Positions 24,092 through 37,403 of a stretch of DNA of 64,000 nt are shown here, piece by piece. Origin of the DNA: Octopus bimaculoides. Lineage: Eukaryota. The translations under genes were made by a program, and so were the position numbers. Where the stretch lies: the NCBI RefSeq assembly GCF_001194135.2, contig NC_069007.1, positions 6,139,132 through 6,203,131 on the forward strand, read 5' to 3'. Under the pieces are notes generated by a model that made no database searches, was not told where the DNA came from, and worked only from the letters and a program-made list of their open reading frames with translations. Within the stretch, counting starts at the first letter, position 1; every line of letters starts with the position of its first letter.

Positions 24092-25091
24092 TCTATAAGG
24101 ATATAATAGAATCATACTCTAATGGGCGTTATGTCCGTCTGTCTGTCTGTTTGTACCCTCGAAATTACCAATGAGGTAATCAGGCAGGATTTTATTGAAA
24201 ACAAAAATGTTTAAGTATGATTTTTTAATGGCTATTGAGGATAATTGTTCACTTTACGGGCGTATAAAAGTAATTAAATATTACGGGAGTAAAAAAGGAA
24301 ATAAAAATTAAAAGTAGATAACTCCTAATACAAGAAGCAAAGGAAAGTAGATCAACTTACTTTTCCACTGAATTACACCATATAAGAAAGTTTTAGTTTA
24401 GCATTGCTTTATTAACGAATGATTGTGATGGTTTTGGCTCATCTTTAATCAGTGTATGACTACTACGAACTTTGTCAATAACGATTGTATGCAGAAAGCT
24501 GTGTAATGCTTTATTAAATTTTCCTTCGTTCCACGCCATTATGACCTGGAAACGGATATCAGGAATTGGTAGGACTACCAGGAAAGCTGCTGCTATAAAA
24601 CATAAGAGAGGATCTAACAGTGAATACAGCCAAGTCCAACAGAATAAGGATACGGAAACTCATAGAATTCGCTGTGATACAGAAGAGAGAATGTCGGAAC
24701 AGAGCAGGGATACGCTGGCTCACTAAATAACTCGGAGAAATCCTCAAGTGAGAGCTTCGGAACTGATAAGGAACACTTTAGCTCGCCGAAAATCAAGACA
24801 AGTGCAGTTTCCTATAACACTGGTATTCTCATTCACAGCAAACAAGACACAGGTCCAGACTTTAGCTCGTGTATGTGTACATTTACCCACTCCGATGTTT
24901 ACACACGGCCAGTTATACGTCCCCATGAGTAATTTGAAAATTAGTGTCGACCATACACAAAATATCGTCTACAAAGAAATTTTGTAATCATATTGATTTT
25001 AAAATCAATTTGCACATCTTTCAATACATACTGCTGTTACAACTTTCCTCCCCCATTTTATGCCTCCATCGTAGATGGGTAGATTTACTAG
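24092..25091 (+). mobile_element. Internally deleted Helitron
   Basis: Pif1-like helicase C-terminus QFPITLVFSFTANKTQVQTL...FTHGQLYV...TQNIVYKEIL* (24800-24987); hairpin ccatc-gta-gatgg (25066-25078) then CTAG|T at 25088-25092; 5' end approximate. Confidence 0.85.
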
Positions 25092-25297
25092 TATATATAA
25101 TGCTTATACATCTTTTTGTCTGTTTATTACTTGCTTCAGCTGTATAATTCTTTTACTCAACTTTTCATCTGGTTAGGAAATCGAATTTTAAGAAACTGGA
25201 GTAAACCAATCACAAATCCAGCATACATCTTTACTTTGCTTTTACTAGCACCTTCTCACTCATGTATACATACGAAAATACATACATACATACACAG

Positions 25298-25619
<322 letters not shown>

Positions 25620-25715
25620 GTGGCGACGAGGAATTAACAAACTCCCGAGGAATGGACAAAATCATGATTTTTGTTTGTTTTTTTTGTGCGACTATTACAG
25701 AAAAGATCGTAAAAT

Positions 25716-26520
25716 TATGGAAAATTTGTTGGTCGGTTTGCTCAAGTTGCAAAAACAGCAACAACAACAGCTGCATCTACAACTACAAGAACAACAGCAG
25801 AAGCAACAACAACAATTATTATCACATCAACGAATGCTGCAATTAATGAATAGTAAGTCATCAGCAAATGCTGAAAAAAATGTTCTTGTCAGATTATGTT
25901 GCAAACTCAATAACAGAGTTTAAGTACGAACCAGGTACCTTTGAGACATACCATAAAAGATACTCACAAATCTTCAATAAAGAATGCAAAGATTGAGACA
26001 ACGATATGAAAATGTGTCTAATCCTAAAAAAACTGGCAGCAGGAGAACATGAGCATTACAGCAATTACATACGCCTTTAAAGGAGGCGCAATGGCCCAGT
26101 GGTTAGGGCAGCGGACTCGCGGTCATAGGATCGCGGTTTCGATTCCCAGACCGGGCGTTGTGAGTGTTTATTGAGCGAAAACACCTAAAGCTCCACGAGG
26201 CTCCGGCAGGGGATGGTGACAAACCCTGCTATACTCTTCCACTACAACTTTCTCTCACTTTCTCCTACTTCCTGTTTCTGTTGTGCCTGTAATTCAAAGG
26301 GTCAGCCTTGTCACGCGGAATATCCCCGAGAACTACGTTAAGGGTAAACGTGTCTGTGGAGTGCTCAGCCACTTCCACGTTAATTTCACGAGCAGGCTGT
26401 TCCGTTGATCGGAACAACTGGAAGCCTCGACGTCGTAAGCGACGGAGTGGCAACAACAACAACTCCTTTAAAAAAAAACCTTCTGACAAACTTTAAAGCT
26501 ACAATAGACATATTGTGTAA
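25716..26520 (+). pseudogene. gag: Gypsy gag 5' fragment interrupted by SINE A
   Basis: Poly-Q N-terminus then NSITEFKYEP...FETYHKRYSQIF...KMCLILKKLAAGEHEHYSNYI; resumes KKPSD...ATIDILCKI after the SINE. Confidence 0.75.
26082..26463 (+). mobile_element. Full SINE family A with 8-bp TSD cctttaaa
   Basis: A box tggcccagtgg, B box ggtttcgattccc, (CAA)n tail. Confidence 0.95.
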
Positions 26521-26630
26521 AATTAACGTGCAAGTGGCTGAACACTCCACAGACACGTGTACCCTTAACGTAGTTCTCGGGGATATTCAGTGTGACACAG
26601 TGTGACATGGCTGACCCTTTGAATTACAGG
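26515..26630 (-). mobile_element. SINE family A internal fragment
   Basis: Reverse complement of family A body. Confidence 0.85.
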
Positions 26631-26710
26631 GTCTGTTGTGCCTTTTCAAGATAAAATAAACATAAAACAATGTTTTATGGAGTATCTATTTACTTTTGTC
26701 ATGTCTGTGC

Positions 26711-26778
<68 letters not shown>

Positions 26779-27089
26779 ATGCATGTATATGTGTGTGTAC
26801 ACACACACACATATATGTTTGTTGGGTCAGTTAGAATGTGTGTTGGATTCTGGATCTATAAAAGCCACTGCAATGTTGGCAGCTTGATTTCTTGAGTGAG
26901 GTTTTGAATGTAGTATGTATGAGTCCATGTGTTTATGTGTGTGTATATATGTGCATGTGTATATACATGTATAGTATATGTAAATGTATGTACGTTTGTA
27001 GGAGTGTATTTCTGTGCATGTTTGTTTGTTCATGCAAATGTGAATGCATGTGTGTGTGTGTGTGTCTAAACTTTTGCCTCAATATATCA

Positions 27090-27200
27090 TAGATTTAACA
27101 ATTTACAGAGAAGCCATGTTTAAGAGATTTTAACATTTCATAATGGAGAAATTGAAATATTAAATATTTCACTAATGGAATTGTGATTGCATGAATCAAT
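27090..27200 (+). pseudogene. Decayed last-LRR + LRR-CT motif
   Basis: EIEILNIS then (other frame) WNCDCMN at 27176-27196. Confidence 0.4.
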
Positions 27201-27656
27201 AAACAGGTAAGAAATAAAACACCTATTTTGATGAAACAAAACAGGTAGTCCATGTGTGGTCACCAGACGTGCTAGAAATAGTAACCACATCTGTCCTCAA
27301 ATAAGATCCAACTGCATTACTCAATTTTTCATTTCTAAGGAGTTGACATCCCTGTTACTGTAGACCCCAGTACATGACTGGTATCATAATTTAATCGATT
27401 TTGGAAGGCTAAAAGAATTAACTATTCCTTTTAATATTCATGATGTGGAAATCAAAATAGTTCTGCCACAGAAGAATTGACATCAATTTGTTGTTTTCAG
27501 TTTTGTTCTACTAAGGATTGATCAAGATATTAGTCAAGATACTTGCCCAAGGTGCTATGCTGTGAGAGTGAATTTCCGATCTATGTGGTTACAAAAGAAA
27601 CGTCTTACGTTTGCAATTACGTCTAAATCTTCATAACCAACACAGACTGGTTCTCT

Positions 27657-28137
27657 AATCCTTTCGTTACCATTTTTCTGTTGAAATTCACTGATTTTGT
27701 TTCAATTAATTTCAAAAACATTATGAGGAATTTGGTAAAATAATTTTGTTATCAAGGTAGGTTTTAGAACATAAATTAACATGAGATTTTCGTGGGAGGT
27801 TTTAATTTGAATCACTTTAACCCTTTTGTTACTGCATTTCTGTAGAAAAGGACAACCTTTTTTCCAATTAATTTTGAAAATAAGGAAGAATTTAGTAAAA
27901 TAACATTTTTGTGTGTTGGGCCTCATGGCATTATGCTGTGCTTGGGTCATAGCATGTCCTGGTATCATGCAAATGGCACCTGTGCCAGTGGCACATAAAA
28001 GCACTCGTTACACTCTCAGAGTGGTTGGCACTAGAAAAGGTATCCAGCTGTAGAAACCAAGGCAAATCAGACTGGAGTCTGGTGCAGCCTTCCGGCTTGC
28101 CAGTCCTGGTAGAACTGCCCAACATGGACATTAAATG

Positions 28138-28191
<54 letters not shown>

Positions 28192-29140
28192 CTGGTATTT
28201 GCATCATAAATTAACATGACATTTTGGAGGAAGGTTTTAATACATTTTTTAATTTAACCGTTTTGTTAACATTTTTCTGTTGAAATCATTGCTTTTGTAT
28301 CAATTAATTTTGAAAAGAAGGAAGAATTTAGCAAAATAGCTTTATCCTTATTAAGGTGATGATGTTTGGGACATAAATTAGCATGAAACTTTGATAGAAG
28401 GTTTAAATTTAGATTATGCTAAAACCTTTTTTAGTATATTTCTGTTGAAATGCAGGGCCTTCCATTTAACTTTGGAAAAAAGGAAGAATTTAGCAAAATA
28501 ACATTCTCATTATTAAGGTGATGTTTGGGACATAAATTAACATAAAATTTTGATAGAAGGTGTTAATTAAGATTACTTCAATCCTTTTCTTACCAAATTT
28601 TTATTGAAATTCACTGCTGTCTTTTCTTTTTTTTTTAGATTAATTTTTAAAATATTGAATGATTAGCAAAATACCTTTTTTTTTATTTGGGTAGTTTTTA
28701 GAACATAAATTAACATGAAATTTTGATGGGAAGTTTTAATTTAGATCACTTAAACCCTTAAACTATTTTTGTTGAAATCATTAATTTTGCTTCAATTAAT
28801 TTTGAAAATATTGAAGAATTTAGTAAAAGAACTTTTTTGTTGTTAAGGTAGCATTGTGTGTTAGAGAGAGAATGGAAGCGTGCTTGTCTATATATAGTTA
28901 TGTGTATGTGTGTGTGCGTGTCTATTAAGTGTGTGTGTGCTTCTGGGGGAGGGGGCACATTTGTATGTGTTTAGAACATGAATTAACCCCAAGTTTTAAC
29001 AGGTTTTAATTCAAATCACTTTAACCATTCCACAGTTATATTTCTGTTGCAATACACTACCATTGTTTTAATTAATTCTAAAGATAATGAAGAATTTGGT
29101 AAGTTTTTGGTTTCAAGAGAGTGTTTAAGACATAAATTAA
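27657..29140 (+). repeat. Satellite of ~7 x 165-bp piggyBac-MITE left ends, interrupted by family B and simple repeats
   Basis: Each unit begins (t)aacccttt..gttac and ends at gatcactttaa. Confidence 0.75.
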
Positions 29141-29455
29141 CATGGCTGTGTGATAAGAAGCTTGCTTTCCAACCGCATGGTTCCAGGTTCAGTCTCACTA
29201 CATGGCACCTTGGGCAAGTATTTTCTGCTATTGCCTAAGGCTGACCAAAGCCTTGTGAGTGGATTTGGTAGATGGAAACTCAAAGAAGCCCGTTGTGTGT
29301 GCGTGTGTATCCCCAATCACAACTTGACAACTGGTGTCAGTGTGTTTACATCCCCATAACTCAGAGGTTCAGCAAAAGAGACCAATAGAATAAGTACTAG
29401 GCTTTGGAAAAAAAATATAAAGTAAGTCCTTGGGTCAATTTGTTCGGCTAAAACC
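29140..29455 (+). mobile_element. SINE family C
   Basis: catggctgtgtg...ggcaccttgggcaag. Confidence 0.85.
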
Positions 29456-30149
29456 CCAAAGAATCCCTCTCAATGCATGGCTATGATGCTCCCCCACTAC
29501 TTCTGCTCATGATGAGAGATGCACATATTGTTAGCCATTAAGGGACATGCTCAAGGTCAAGCAACCAACAAGCAAATCTGTGGTATTGAGCAGAATATTT
29601 GCTATAATATGTCTGCTTCAGCAACTCGACACTGAATGTGTGTGAAATGTAATGGAAAATAGGTGAGTTTCAAAATATTGATGTCCAGGTGAGAAAGCAA
29701 AGTTTGAAAGGATTAATAGTGATTTCCTTTGATCTCTAGATAGAAGTAAGTAGGAAATAACATTTACTGAGCAAAGACAACAAGCAAATCTGTGGTATTG
29801 AGCAGAATATTTGCCATAACGATATTTCTGCTTCAGCAACTCAGTGTGCTGAATCTGTGTGATATGTAATAGAAAGTAGGTCAGTTATGCGTATCTCTGA
29901 TGATGAGCAGAAGTAGTGGGGAAGCATCATAACCATGTGTTGAGAGGGATTCTCTGGAGTTTGGATAAATGTAAAAGAAGCAAAGCTGGAAGGAAATCTT
30001 AGCTATTTTTCATACTTTTGAGGTAAGCAAATAGGAAATAACAGTTTCAAAACACTGATGTCCAGGTGACAAAAGCAAAGTTTGAGGGGAATGGTAGTGA
30101 TTTCCTTTGATTTCTAGATAGAAGCAAATAGGAAATAACATTTACTGAC

Positions 30150-30900
30150 CAAAGACGCAGAAAAAAAGAAATTAAAATTTTGTTACATAGTATTATCACT
30201 CAAAGAATTCCATCTTTAAGAAAAGCTGCTCAAAGACTTTCCTTCCTCTGATATCGATCTCAAATCTCAATGAAGAGAAGATGACGTTTTACTGTCTTAG
30301 AAGTTAATGCTAACTCATTCCAATTTACAAGATTAGTATCAATCTCATGTAATCGATGGAATTGCAGCTTTCTGAAGAAATTTATGGATGCCATAAAAGA
30401 GTTGTGTAATATAAGAAAAGTCACGGTATATGATGCGTGTTTGGATTTCGGTGTTATTACAATCAAGACAAAGGATAGACTGTGATAGAATTCCTTTAAT
30501 GGAGAGGAATATCTGGTTATAATTTTGGAGAAATTCGTTATTACAGTCAAAGACAATAGAAGACCAAAGATATAATTTGGATAAAGTCGTTATTACAACC
30601 AAGACAAATGAAGAATGTGATATATAAATTTCAAGAATAATTTGAATGTGAAATAATTTCTGGGAATCTTATTGAATAATGGAGAGAGACACCTCCCGTT
30701 AGAGTCATTAAATTTCTCCTGTAGGCCATATTGTGGAAACTGGGATCAAAGGTCATGCATAGGTCTCGTTAGTCATTTCACAAATTAAACCTATTTTCAT
30801 GCATCTATGGCCCCATCTTTGTTGATTTTGCCTGCAGTTTTCAATGGATTGCTAATTATTCCAATAATCATAAATAAAATTAGGCCCTTGCTGATTGTTG
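30150..30900 (+). pseudogene. Decayed LRR ectodomain fragment with possible LRR-CT
   Basis: SLKEFHL*EKLLKDFPS at 30196; three gttattaca..aagaca repeats; GPIFVDFACSFQWI at ~30810. Confidence 0.4.
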
Positions 30901-31301
30901 AACTAATTAAATCATGTTTATATTATACAACTATGCCTCAACAACACATTAGCATATCCAGTAGAGAAAGACTGATAAAGTGTTTTTCTTGTTTCCATAA
31001 TGTTGCTCTACTTCTTTCTCGAGTTCAAATCTCACCTGGTTTAACTGCACCTCTCATGCTTCTGAGATCATCTCCTGATAAAAAACAAGGACCTGTTGTG
31101 TTTTGCAGAAGCTCACTTAGCAACTTCATGGTTCTGGGTTCACTCTCACAGCATGACATCTTGGGCATAGCCCTATACTAACCAAAGCTTTGTGAGTGGA
31201 TTTGGGAGATGGTTTAAAATTATCATCAAAGCTTTTTTCAATCTTTTATCCGAAGTAAATGGGTAGATAGAATTATTTATAAATACATACACATATATGT
31301 G

Positions 31302-31348
<47 letters not shown>

Positions 31349-31754
31349 ATAATAAGAGTGAAAAAACTACAGAAGGCTTGTGTTACATGGTTAAAGTATA
31401 TATTTAAATTATGTCAGAAAAATGTAAGAAAAATGTTAGAAAAATGTTAGAAAATCTTTTTGGTATATAAACATTGTATTTTGAGAAATGACTANNNNNN
31501 NNNNNNNNNNNNNNNNNNNNNNNNNNNNNNNNNNNNNNNNNNNNNNNNNNNNNNNNNNNNNNNNNNNNNNNNNNNNNNNNNNNNNNNNNNNNNNNNNNNN
31601 NNNNNNNNNNNNNNNNNNNNNNNNNNNNNNNNNNNNNNNNNNNNNNNNNNNATATATATATAAGGATAAGATCATTATTCACTGCGGTGGTATTTTGGCA
31701 ATATATGACATGGTGTCTGGATGGACAGCTAAACTGGTGGTTGTATATACGTGC

Positions 31755-31796
<42 letters not shown>

Positions 31797-31989
31797 ACAT
31801 GAGCATATATGTGAGTATTTGTATGTTTATGTATACATATATATATACATAGAGTAATAATATTAGGGAATAAAAATTTATTCCAACCTTACAGGCAAAA
31901 ATCGGTATAATATTACACCGGGTTTCCTAATATATAATATATATGTATATAACTAATTTAGAGACGAACACCCCTCTACAACTCAGTCA

Positions 31990-32345
31990 ACTCAGAACCC
32001 ATCAGGGTTGTCAGTCCTTTGCAGAATAGTCAGACGATGAGGCTGCTGTTTTTGTGATGAGCTGATGTGCCATAGGTCACCTGTATTTTGGAACCTCCCT
32101 GAGAGACCTACCTGCCTAGAGTGACTCTACAAGAAACTTAACTCCAGACGGTAATGTACTTTGAGTTCTATGGAACATGCAAGCCCCCTTGCTATGACAA
32201 GGCTAAACCAAAGAGGGTGCAGTGGGGCTTGCATGGGACTGCCAGCAATGGGGAGCACTGGTGGACTTGGTCAGCTCTATGTGTGTTGTCGTCTCTGGGG
32301 TCACCAACCTGGGATGACCCCCAACTCCATCATGCAAGTGCATGA
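31990..32345 (+). mobile_element. Possible RTE-clade LINE 5' UTR fragment
   Basis: GC-richer block with gcaagccccctt.ctatgacaagg, resembling RTE 5' leaders. Confidence 0.35.
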
Positions 32346-32376
32346 AGCTAGTAAGCAGCAGACAAGAAGCTTATTG

Positions 32377-32694
32377 GGCAGTCGTGATGAAGAATGGAAT
32401 AAAATTGTGATGGTGCAAGTAATATATGATTTGATCCAATTTCATGAATAAGCATTTGAATTTGATTAAGTAATTTAATTTGAAAACATAAGCTGTTTTG
32501 TTTTCAGTAGCGGCTGGGGTATTTGGGGGGGTGTATAAATTGAACAGCCCAACTGTTAGTGAATACAACACAGCTTATGTTTTCAAATTAAATTACTCAA
32601 TCAAATTCAAATGCTCATTCATCAAATTGGATTAGATCAAATCATATATTACTTGTACCACCACAATTTTATTCCATTCTGTATCACAGCTGCC
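32377..32694. repeat. Foldback, ~118-bp arms, ~70-bp spacer
   Basis: gaatggaataaaattgtg...gaaaacataagctg and its reverse complement. Confidence 0.9.
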
Positions 32695-33045
32695 TGACAA
32701 ACGGGAACACAAAACTCTGAGTAGCAGTTTTTGAAGCTTTGATAAAAAAATGTATATATATATATATATGGAAAAAAGACAAAGTAGAAAATGCTAAAAT
32801 ACTTTTATAAAGAACATTACAGAACCGGTTTCGATCCTTGAGATCTTTTCAACAGTAAATATGAATAATAAATTTTTGAAAAATTATTGAAGAATTAAAT
32901 TTTGGTAAATTTAAAAGAAAAGTCTTTTTAAAGACATATTTGTATAGTATTCAAGTAACAGGGGCATTTTTCTTGTTTCTGCCTGTCTCTGTTTCACTTG
33001 TTAACTCTTGTGATATCTATGTATGTATGTATATGTATATGTACA

Positions 33046-33590
33046 CAGGGTGTTCCAAAATTAAGGCAACCAGTTCTTTTCAATTTTGCCAAAGCAAAAT
33101 ATTGTTATATTTCGGTTCTGAGCATTGTAATGCAATGGTTAAGGAAACACAATTAAGACCACCACATTTCTTCAATATGACCACTTCTGTTTTGAATCTT
33201 AGCCTTGAGTCTAGGTGCGAATGCTTTACATGTGGCATGCAATTGGTCTTGTAGAATTGAAGCCCATTTCTGGTACAATTTTGCCCTCAGAGCATCAAGT
33301 GAAGCATGAGGAGTACTTGAGATCCATGTCTCCAAAATGGACCAAACGGAAAATTCCAGTGGGTTGAGATCAGGGCTTCTTGAGGACCAAACATCCTTGT
33401 CTATGAACGATGGAATGTTTTTCTGAATCTAGTGTTGTGTCTGTTTGGATCTGTGGGACGGTGCCGAATCCTGTTGGAAGCTCCAATGTGTGCCTTGAAA
33501 GTATTCATTCACCCATGAAAGCAGTTCAGCTTCCAAAATTTCACTAATGTATCACTGGGTGTAAATTTTACCCCCTGAGGATAAAAAAAT
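33046..33590 (-). mobile_element. maT-like (DD37) transposon 3' part
   Basis: TIR cagggtgttccaaaattaagg; FQQDSAPSH...WSSRSPDLNPLEFSVWSILE...SGHIE; 37-residue spacing. Confidence 0.85.
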
Positions 33591-33599
33591 GAGGGGAGA

Positions 33600-33770
33600 C
33601 CTTCCAGTGGCCCAGCCTTCCTAGTTCTTTTACAGGGTTAGAAAAACTGAAGGACTGCTGCAATAAATGTGTGAATCTGAGAGGGGATTATGTTAAATGA
33701 AATCATAATTAACTGATCCTCCTGTGTTTTCTTTTACCCAAAGCCAGGAAAATTTCAGCACCCCTTCATA
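33600..33770. mobile_element. Mariner-derived MITE fragment
   Basis: Homologous to 58409-58627. Confidence 0.7.
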
Positions 33771-33924
33771 TGCCTCAAGAGAAAATTAACTGCTATTTCT
33801 GTCATTTCAAACAACCACATAGAAGCTCTTTTAAGTAACACAACAAATTCACTGATAACAACAGGAGCAGCGTGGTTACACACTCACACACACACACACA
33901 CACACAAACGCATACATGCATACT

Positions 33925-34121
33925 CTTTTACTCTTTACTCTTTCACTTGTTTCAGTCATTTGACTGCGGCCATGCTGGAGCACCGCCTGTAGTCGAGCAA
34001 ATCGACCCCAGGACTTATTCTTTGTAAGCCTAGTACTTATTCTATCGATCTCTTTTGCCGAACCGCTAAGTGACGGGGACATAAACCCACCAGCATCGGT
34101 TGTCAAGCAATGCTAGGGGGA

Positions 34122-34162
<41 letters not shown>

Positions 34163-34350
34163 ACACACACACACACATATATATACAACAGGCTTCTTTC
34201 AGTTTCCGTCTACCAAATCCACTCACAAGGCTTTGGTTGGCCCAAGGCTATAGTAGAAGACACTTGCCCAAGGTGCCACGCAGTGGGAATGAACCCGGAA
34301 CCATGTGGTTGCTAAGCAAGCTACTTACCACACAGGCACTCCTGTGCACG
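33925..34350 (-). mobile_element. Full SINE family C (CORE-type)
   Basis: tRNA-like head, ccttgggcaag box, internal (CA)n, (AGAGTA)n tail. Confidence 0.95.
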
Positions 34351-34854
34351 TTAATCATATTTATTCCATTTCTGAAATGCAATTAGGGAAGCAAAAATAT
34401 CGGGTTAGCAATATTCTAATAAACGTTATGAATAGATGTTATCAGGTTTTAATCCTGTCCCCCTGGCATTTCTTAAATAATAGATTATTTGGTGATGGAA
34501 TTGGTAAGGTGATTAACAATCACATTATATCACAGACATATTTCCATGAGTGAGAGGAAACACGTTGATGCCATGTCATCATGTTCCACAGATTTTAACA
34601 AAATATTGATTTCAAATTTTGGCCCAGGGTCAGAAAATTACAGGGAGGAGCTTTGTCAATTACATTGACCCCAGTACTCAACTGGTACTTATTTTGTATA
34701 TGTCAAGGGTGAAAGGAAAAGTCAACCTCGGCAGGATTTGAACTCAGAACAAAAAGACAGACAAAATGTTGCTAAGCATGCGAATGGCTCTGCCAGCTCA
34801 CTGCCTTTCGGTAATGATAATAATGATAACGATCATCATCATCATTATTATCAT

Positions 34855-35430
34855 CATCATCATCGTTTAACGTCTGCTTTCCATGCTGGCATGGGTTGGA
34901 CAGTTTGACTAAGGACCGGCAAGCAGTGATGCTGCACCAAGCCCCAATCTGATTTGGCAAGGTTACTTCAGCTGGATGCTCTTCCTAACACCAACCACTC
35001 TGAGAGTGTAGTGGGTACTTTTTATGTGGCACTGGCACCGGAGCCAGTCAGGTGGCACTGGTATTGACCATGCCCAAATGGTATTTTTTATGTGCCACGT
35101 AAAAAGCACTGGTGATGGTGCCATATAAGAAGCATCGATGCTGGTGCCACATGAAAAACACTGGTAATGGTGTCACATAAGAAACACTGGTTCTGGTGCC
35201 ACGTAAAAAGCATTGGTTCTGGTGCCAGGTAAAAAGCACTGGTGATGGTGCCACATGAAAAGCACTGGTAAAGAGCAGTGGTGATGGTGTCACATAAAAA
35301 AAAAGCACCCAGTACATTCTGTGGAGTGGCTGGTGTTGGGCATCCAGCTGTAGAAACCAATCCAAATCAGACTGGAACCTGGTGTGACTTCTGGCCTTAC
35401 CAGTTCCTGCCAGATTGGAAAACAGGTGTC
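34855..35430. mobile_element. Two family B copies in opposite orientation with ~26-bp internal tandem repeats
   Basis: gtgccacgtaaaaagcactggtgatg-like units at 35090-35320. Confidence 0.8.
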
Positions 35431-35509
35431 AAATGATAGTAATGACAATGATGATCGTGATCATGATGAAGGCATTAAGGACTATTATTTCTTGAATATG
35501 CACAGCTGA

Positions 35510-35858
35510 GTGGAGGTGCAATGGCCAGTGGTTAGGGCAGCAGACTCGCGGTCATAGGATCGCGGTTTTGATTCCCAGACCGGGCGTTGTGAGTGTTTAT
35601 TGAGCGAAAACACCTAAAGCTCCACGAGGCTCCCGCAGGGGATGGTGGCAAACCCTGCTGTACTCTTTCACCACAACTTTCCCTCACTCTTACTTCCTGT
35701 TTCTGTTGTGCCTGTAATTCAAAGGGTCAGCCTTGTCAGACTGAGTCACGCTGAATATCCCCGAGAACTACGTTAAGGGTACACGTGTCTGTGGAGTGCT
35801 CAGCCACTTGCACGTTAATTTCACGAGCAGGCTGTTCTGTTGATCAGATCAACTGTAA
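35510..35858 (+). mobile_element. SINE family A (3' end in gap)
   Basis: Matches other A copies. Confidence 0.9.
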
Positions 35859-36089
35859 NNNNNNNNNNNNNNNNNNNNNNNNNNNNNNNNNNNNNNNNNN
35901 NNNNNNNNNNNNNNNNNNNNNNNNNNNNNNNNNNNNNNNNNNNNNNNNNNNNNNNNNNNNNNNNNNNNNNNNNNNNNNNNNNNNNNNNNNNNNNNNNNNN
36001 NNNNNNNNNNNNNNNNNNNNNNNNNNNNNNNNNNNNNNNNNNNNNNNNNNNNNNNNNNNNNNNNNNNNNNNNNNNNACCTTTATAGGTT

Positions 36090-36240
36090 TCACAGATTCC
36101 ATGATTGCAACTGGTGAAAGGAAATCTCAGGTCAGCAAAAATTTCTAATAAATATTGCAAATGTCCATTATCGACTGTAATTCTTGCTTTCAGGATTCTC
36201 TTAATGACATGTAAACAGGGTTTGGCGTCAACGAATGATT
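36090..36240 (+). pseudogene. LRR-like paralogous segment 1
   Basis: Aligns with 38370-38510 and 41880-42050. Confidence 0.35.
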
Positions 36241-36286
36241 AACATTACCGTTATCGGCTGTATTATTTACAACATTGTCATCGTCG

Positions 36287-36320
<34 letters not shown>

Positions 36321-36650
36321 TAACATCATTGTTGTTAATGTTTACAGTTACATCATCATCATGATCTTTGTAATTATCATCATCATCATCATCATTATTG
36401 TAATAGTCATCCTTCCTCATCCTCCTCATTCTCATCATCATCATCATCACCATACCTATCACTGTCATCATTGTCAGGATCGACATCATCATCATCATCA
36501 TTGTAATAGTTATCCTCCCCTTCCTTCTCATCCTCATCAGTGTTTTCATCATCATCATCATCATCATTATTGTCATCATAATTGTTGTAATAGTTATCCT
36601 TCCCTTCCTCCTCCTCATCGCCTTCATCATCATCATCATCCATAGTAGCA
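36240..36650 (+). repeat. Cryptic (ATC)n tract
   Basis: Degenerate triplet repeat. Confidence 0.9.
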
Positions 36651-36899
36651 TTTTACATCCACCCCAAGTGACTCTAAATGTTAATATCTTCTTATCAGTT
36701 CAACAGTTTTTGGTAATTGACCCCCTCCCCCATCTCCCCACCCACAAAAATTATCCACACTCTCCCCGCCACCCACTACTCCATAACATCCAACTTCGAT
36801 CTTGCCTGCATCATTCCAGAAATGAGTAGACATTGTATGTATGTATGTGTGTGTGTGTGAGTGTATCTATGCATGTGTATAAGATCGGANNNNNNNNNN

Positions 36900-36937
<38 letters not shown>

Positions 36938-37403
36938 AATGACAAACAATGGATAGGTGTCAGTTCATTACAGCAATCTCCAATGAATTTTTTAATTGAT
37001 TAATGAGTACATTACATCATTATAAGAAACCGTTTTCTTCAGATGAGTACACAACCCACAGTTTTAGGCACATTTAAAAACATTTAAAAAGTTTATATTT
37101 TGTGATTCCCCAACCTTTGCTGGTTGCAGAATGAATGAGTTTGCCAAACTAGATAAGGGGTCTTATAGCAGAGGAAAGTGCAACAACATATGTGGTAGGG
37201 TGTCTTTAAGATTTACAGCCTTAAAAGCGGTTAATTGGCATGGCGTGTGTATGTGTATGTGGGTGGGGGACGGATAGCCGAGTGTCTCATCTCCATAAGT
37301 AAGAAAAAGATGGTTCTGTTTATTTTATGATACAATTCAACCAGAGGATATAAGTTTAAAAGTGAAAGAGATTTAATTGGATTGGATTGCCTATGTTCAG
37401 TCT

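Noticed and set aside
26082-26155. tRNA gene
   Set aside because: tRNA-like A/B boxes are the head of a multicopy SINE with body, tail and TSD
29575-29640. Signal peptide for the 30-kb LRR relic (VVLSRIFAIICLLQQ)
   Set aside because: Lies in a duplicated block that looks repeat-derived and has no start codon
30374-30410. Hammerhead (CTGAAGA + hairpin tttatgg-atg-ccataaa)
   Set aside because: No GAAA after the stem and no stem I; likewise CTGATGA at ~29898 and CTGAAGA at ~37050 (minus)
36190-36651. Poly-His/Asp/Met/Ile ORFs (also 1.3, 6.6, 38.4-39.1, 41.1-41.6, 42.3, 54.5 kb)
   Set aside because: Open in several frames on both strands because they are cryptic (ATC)n repeats; no coding evidence
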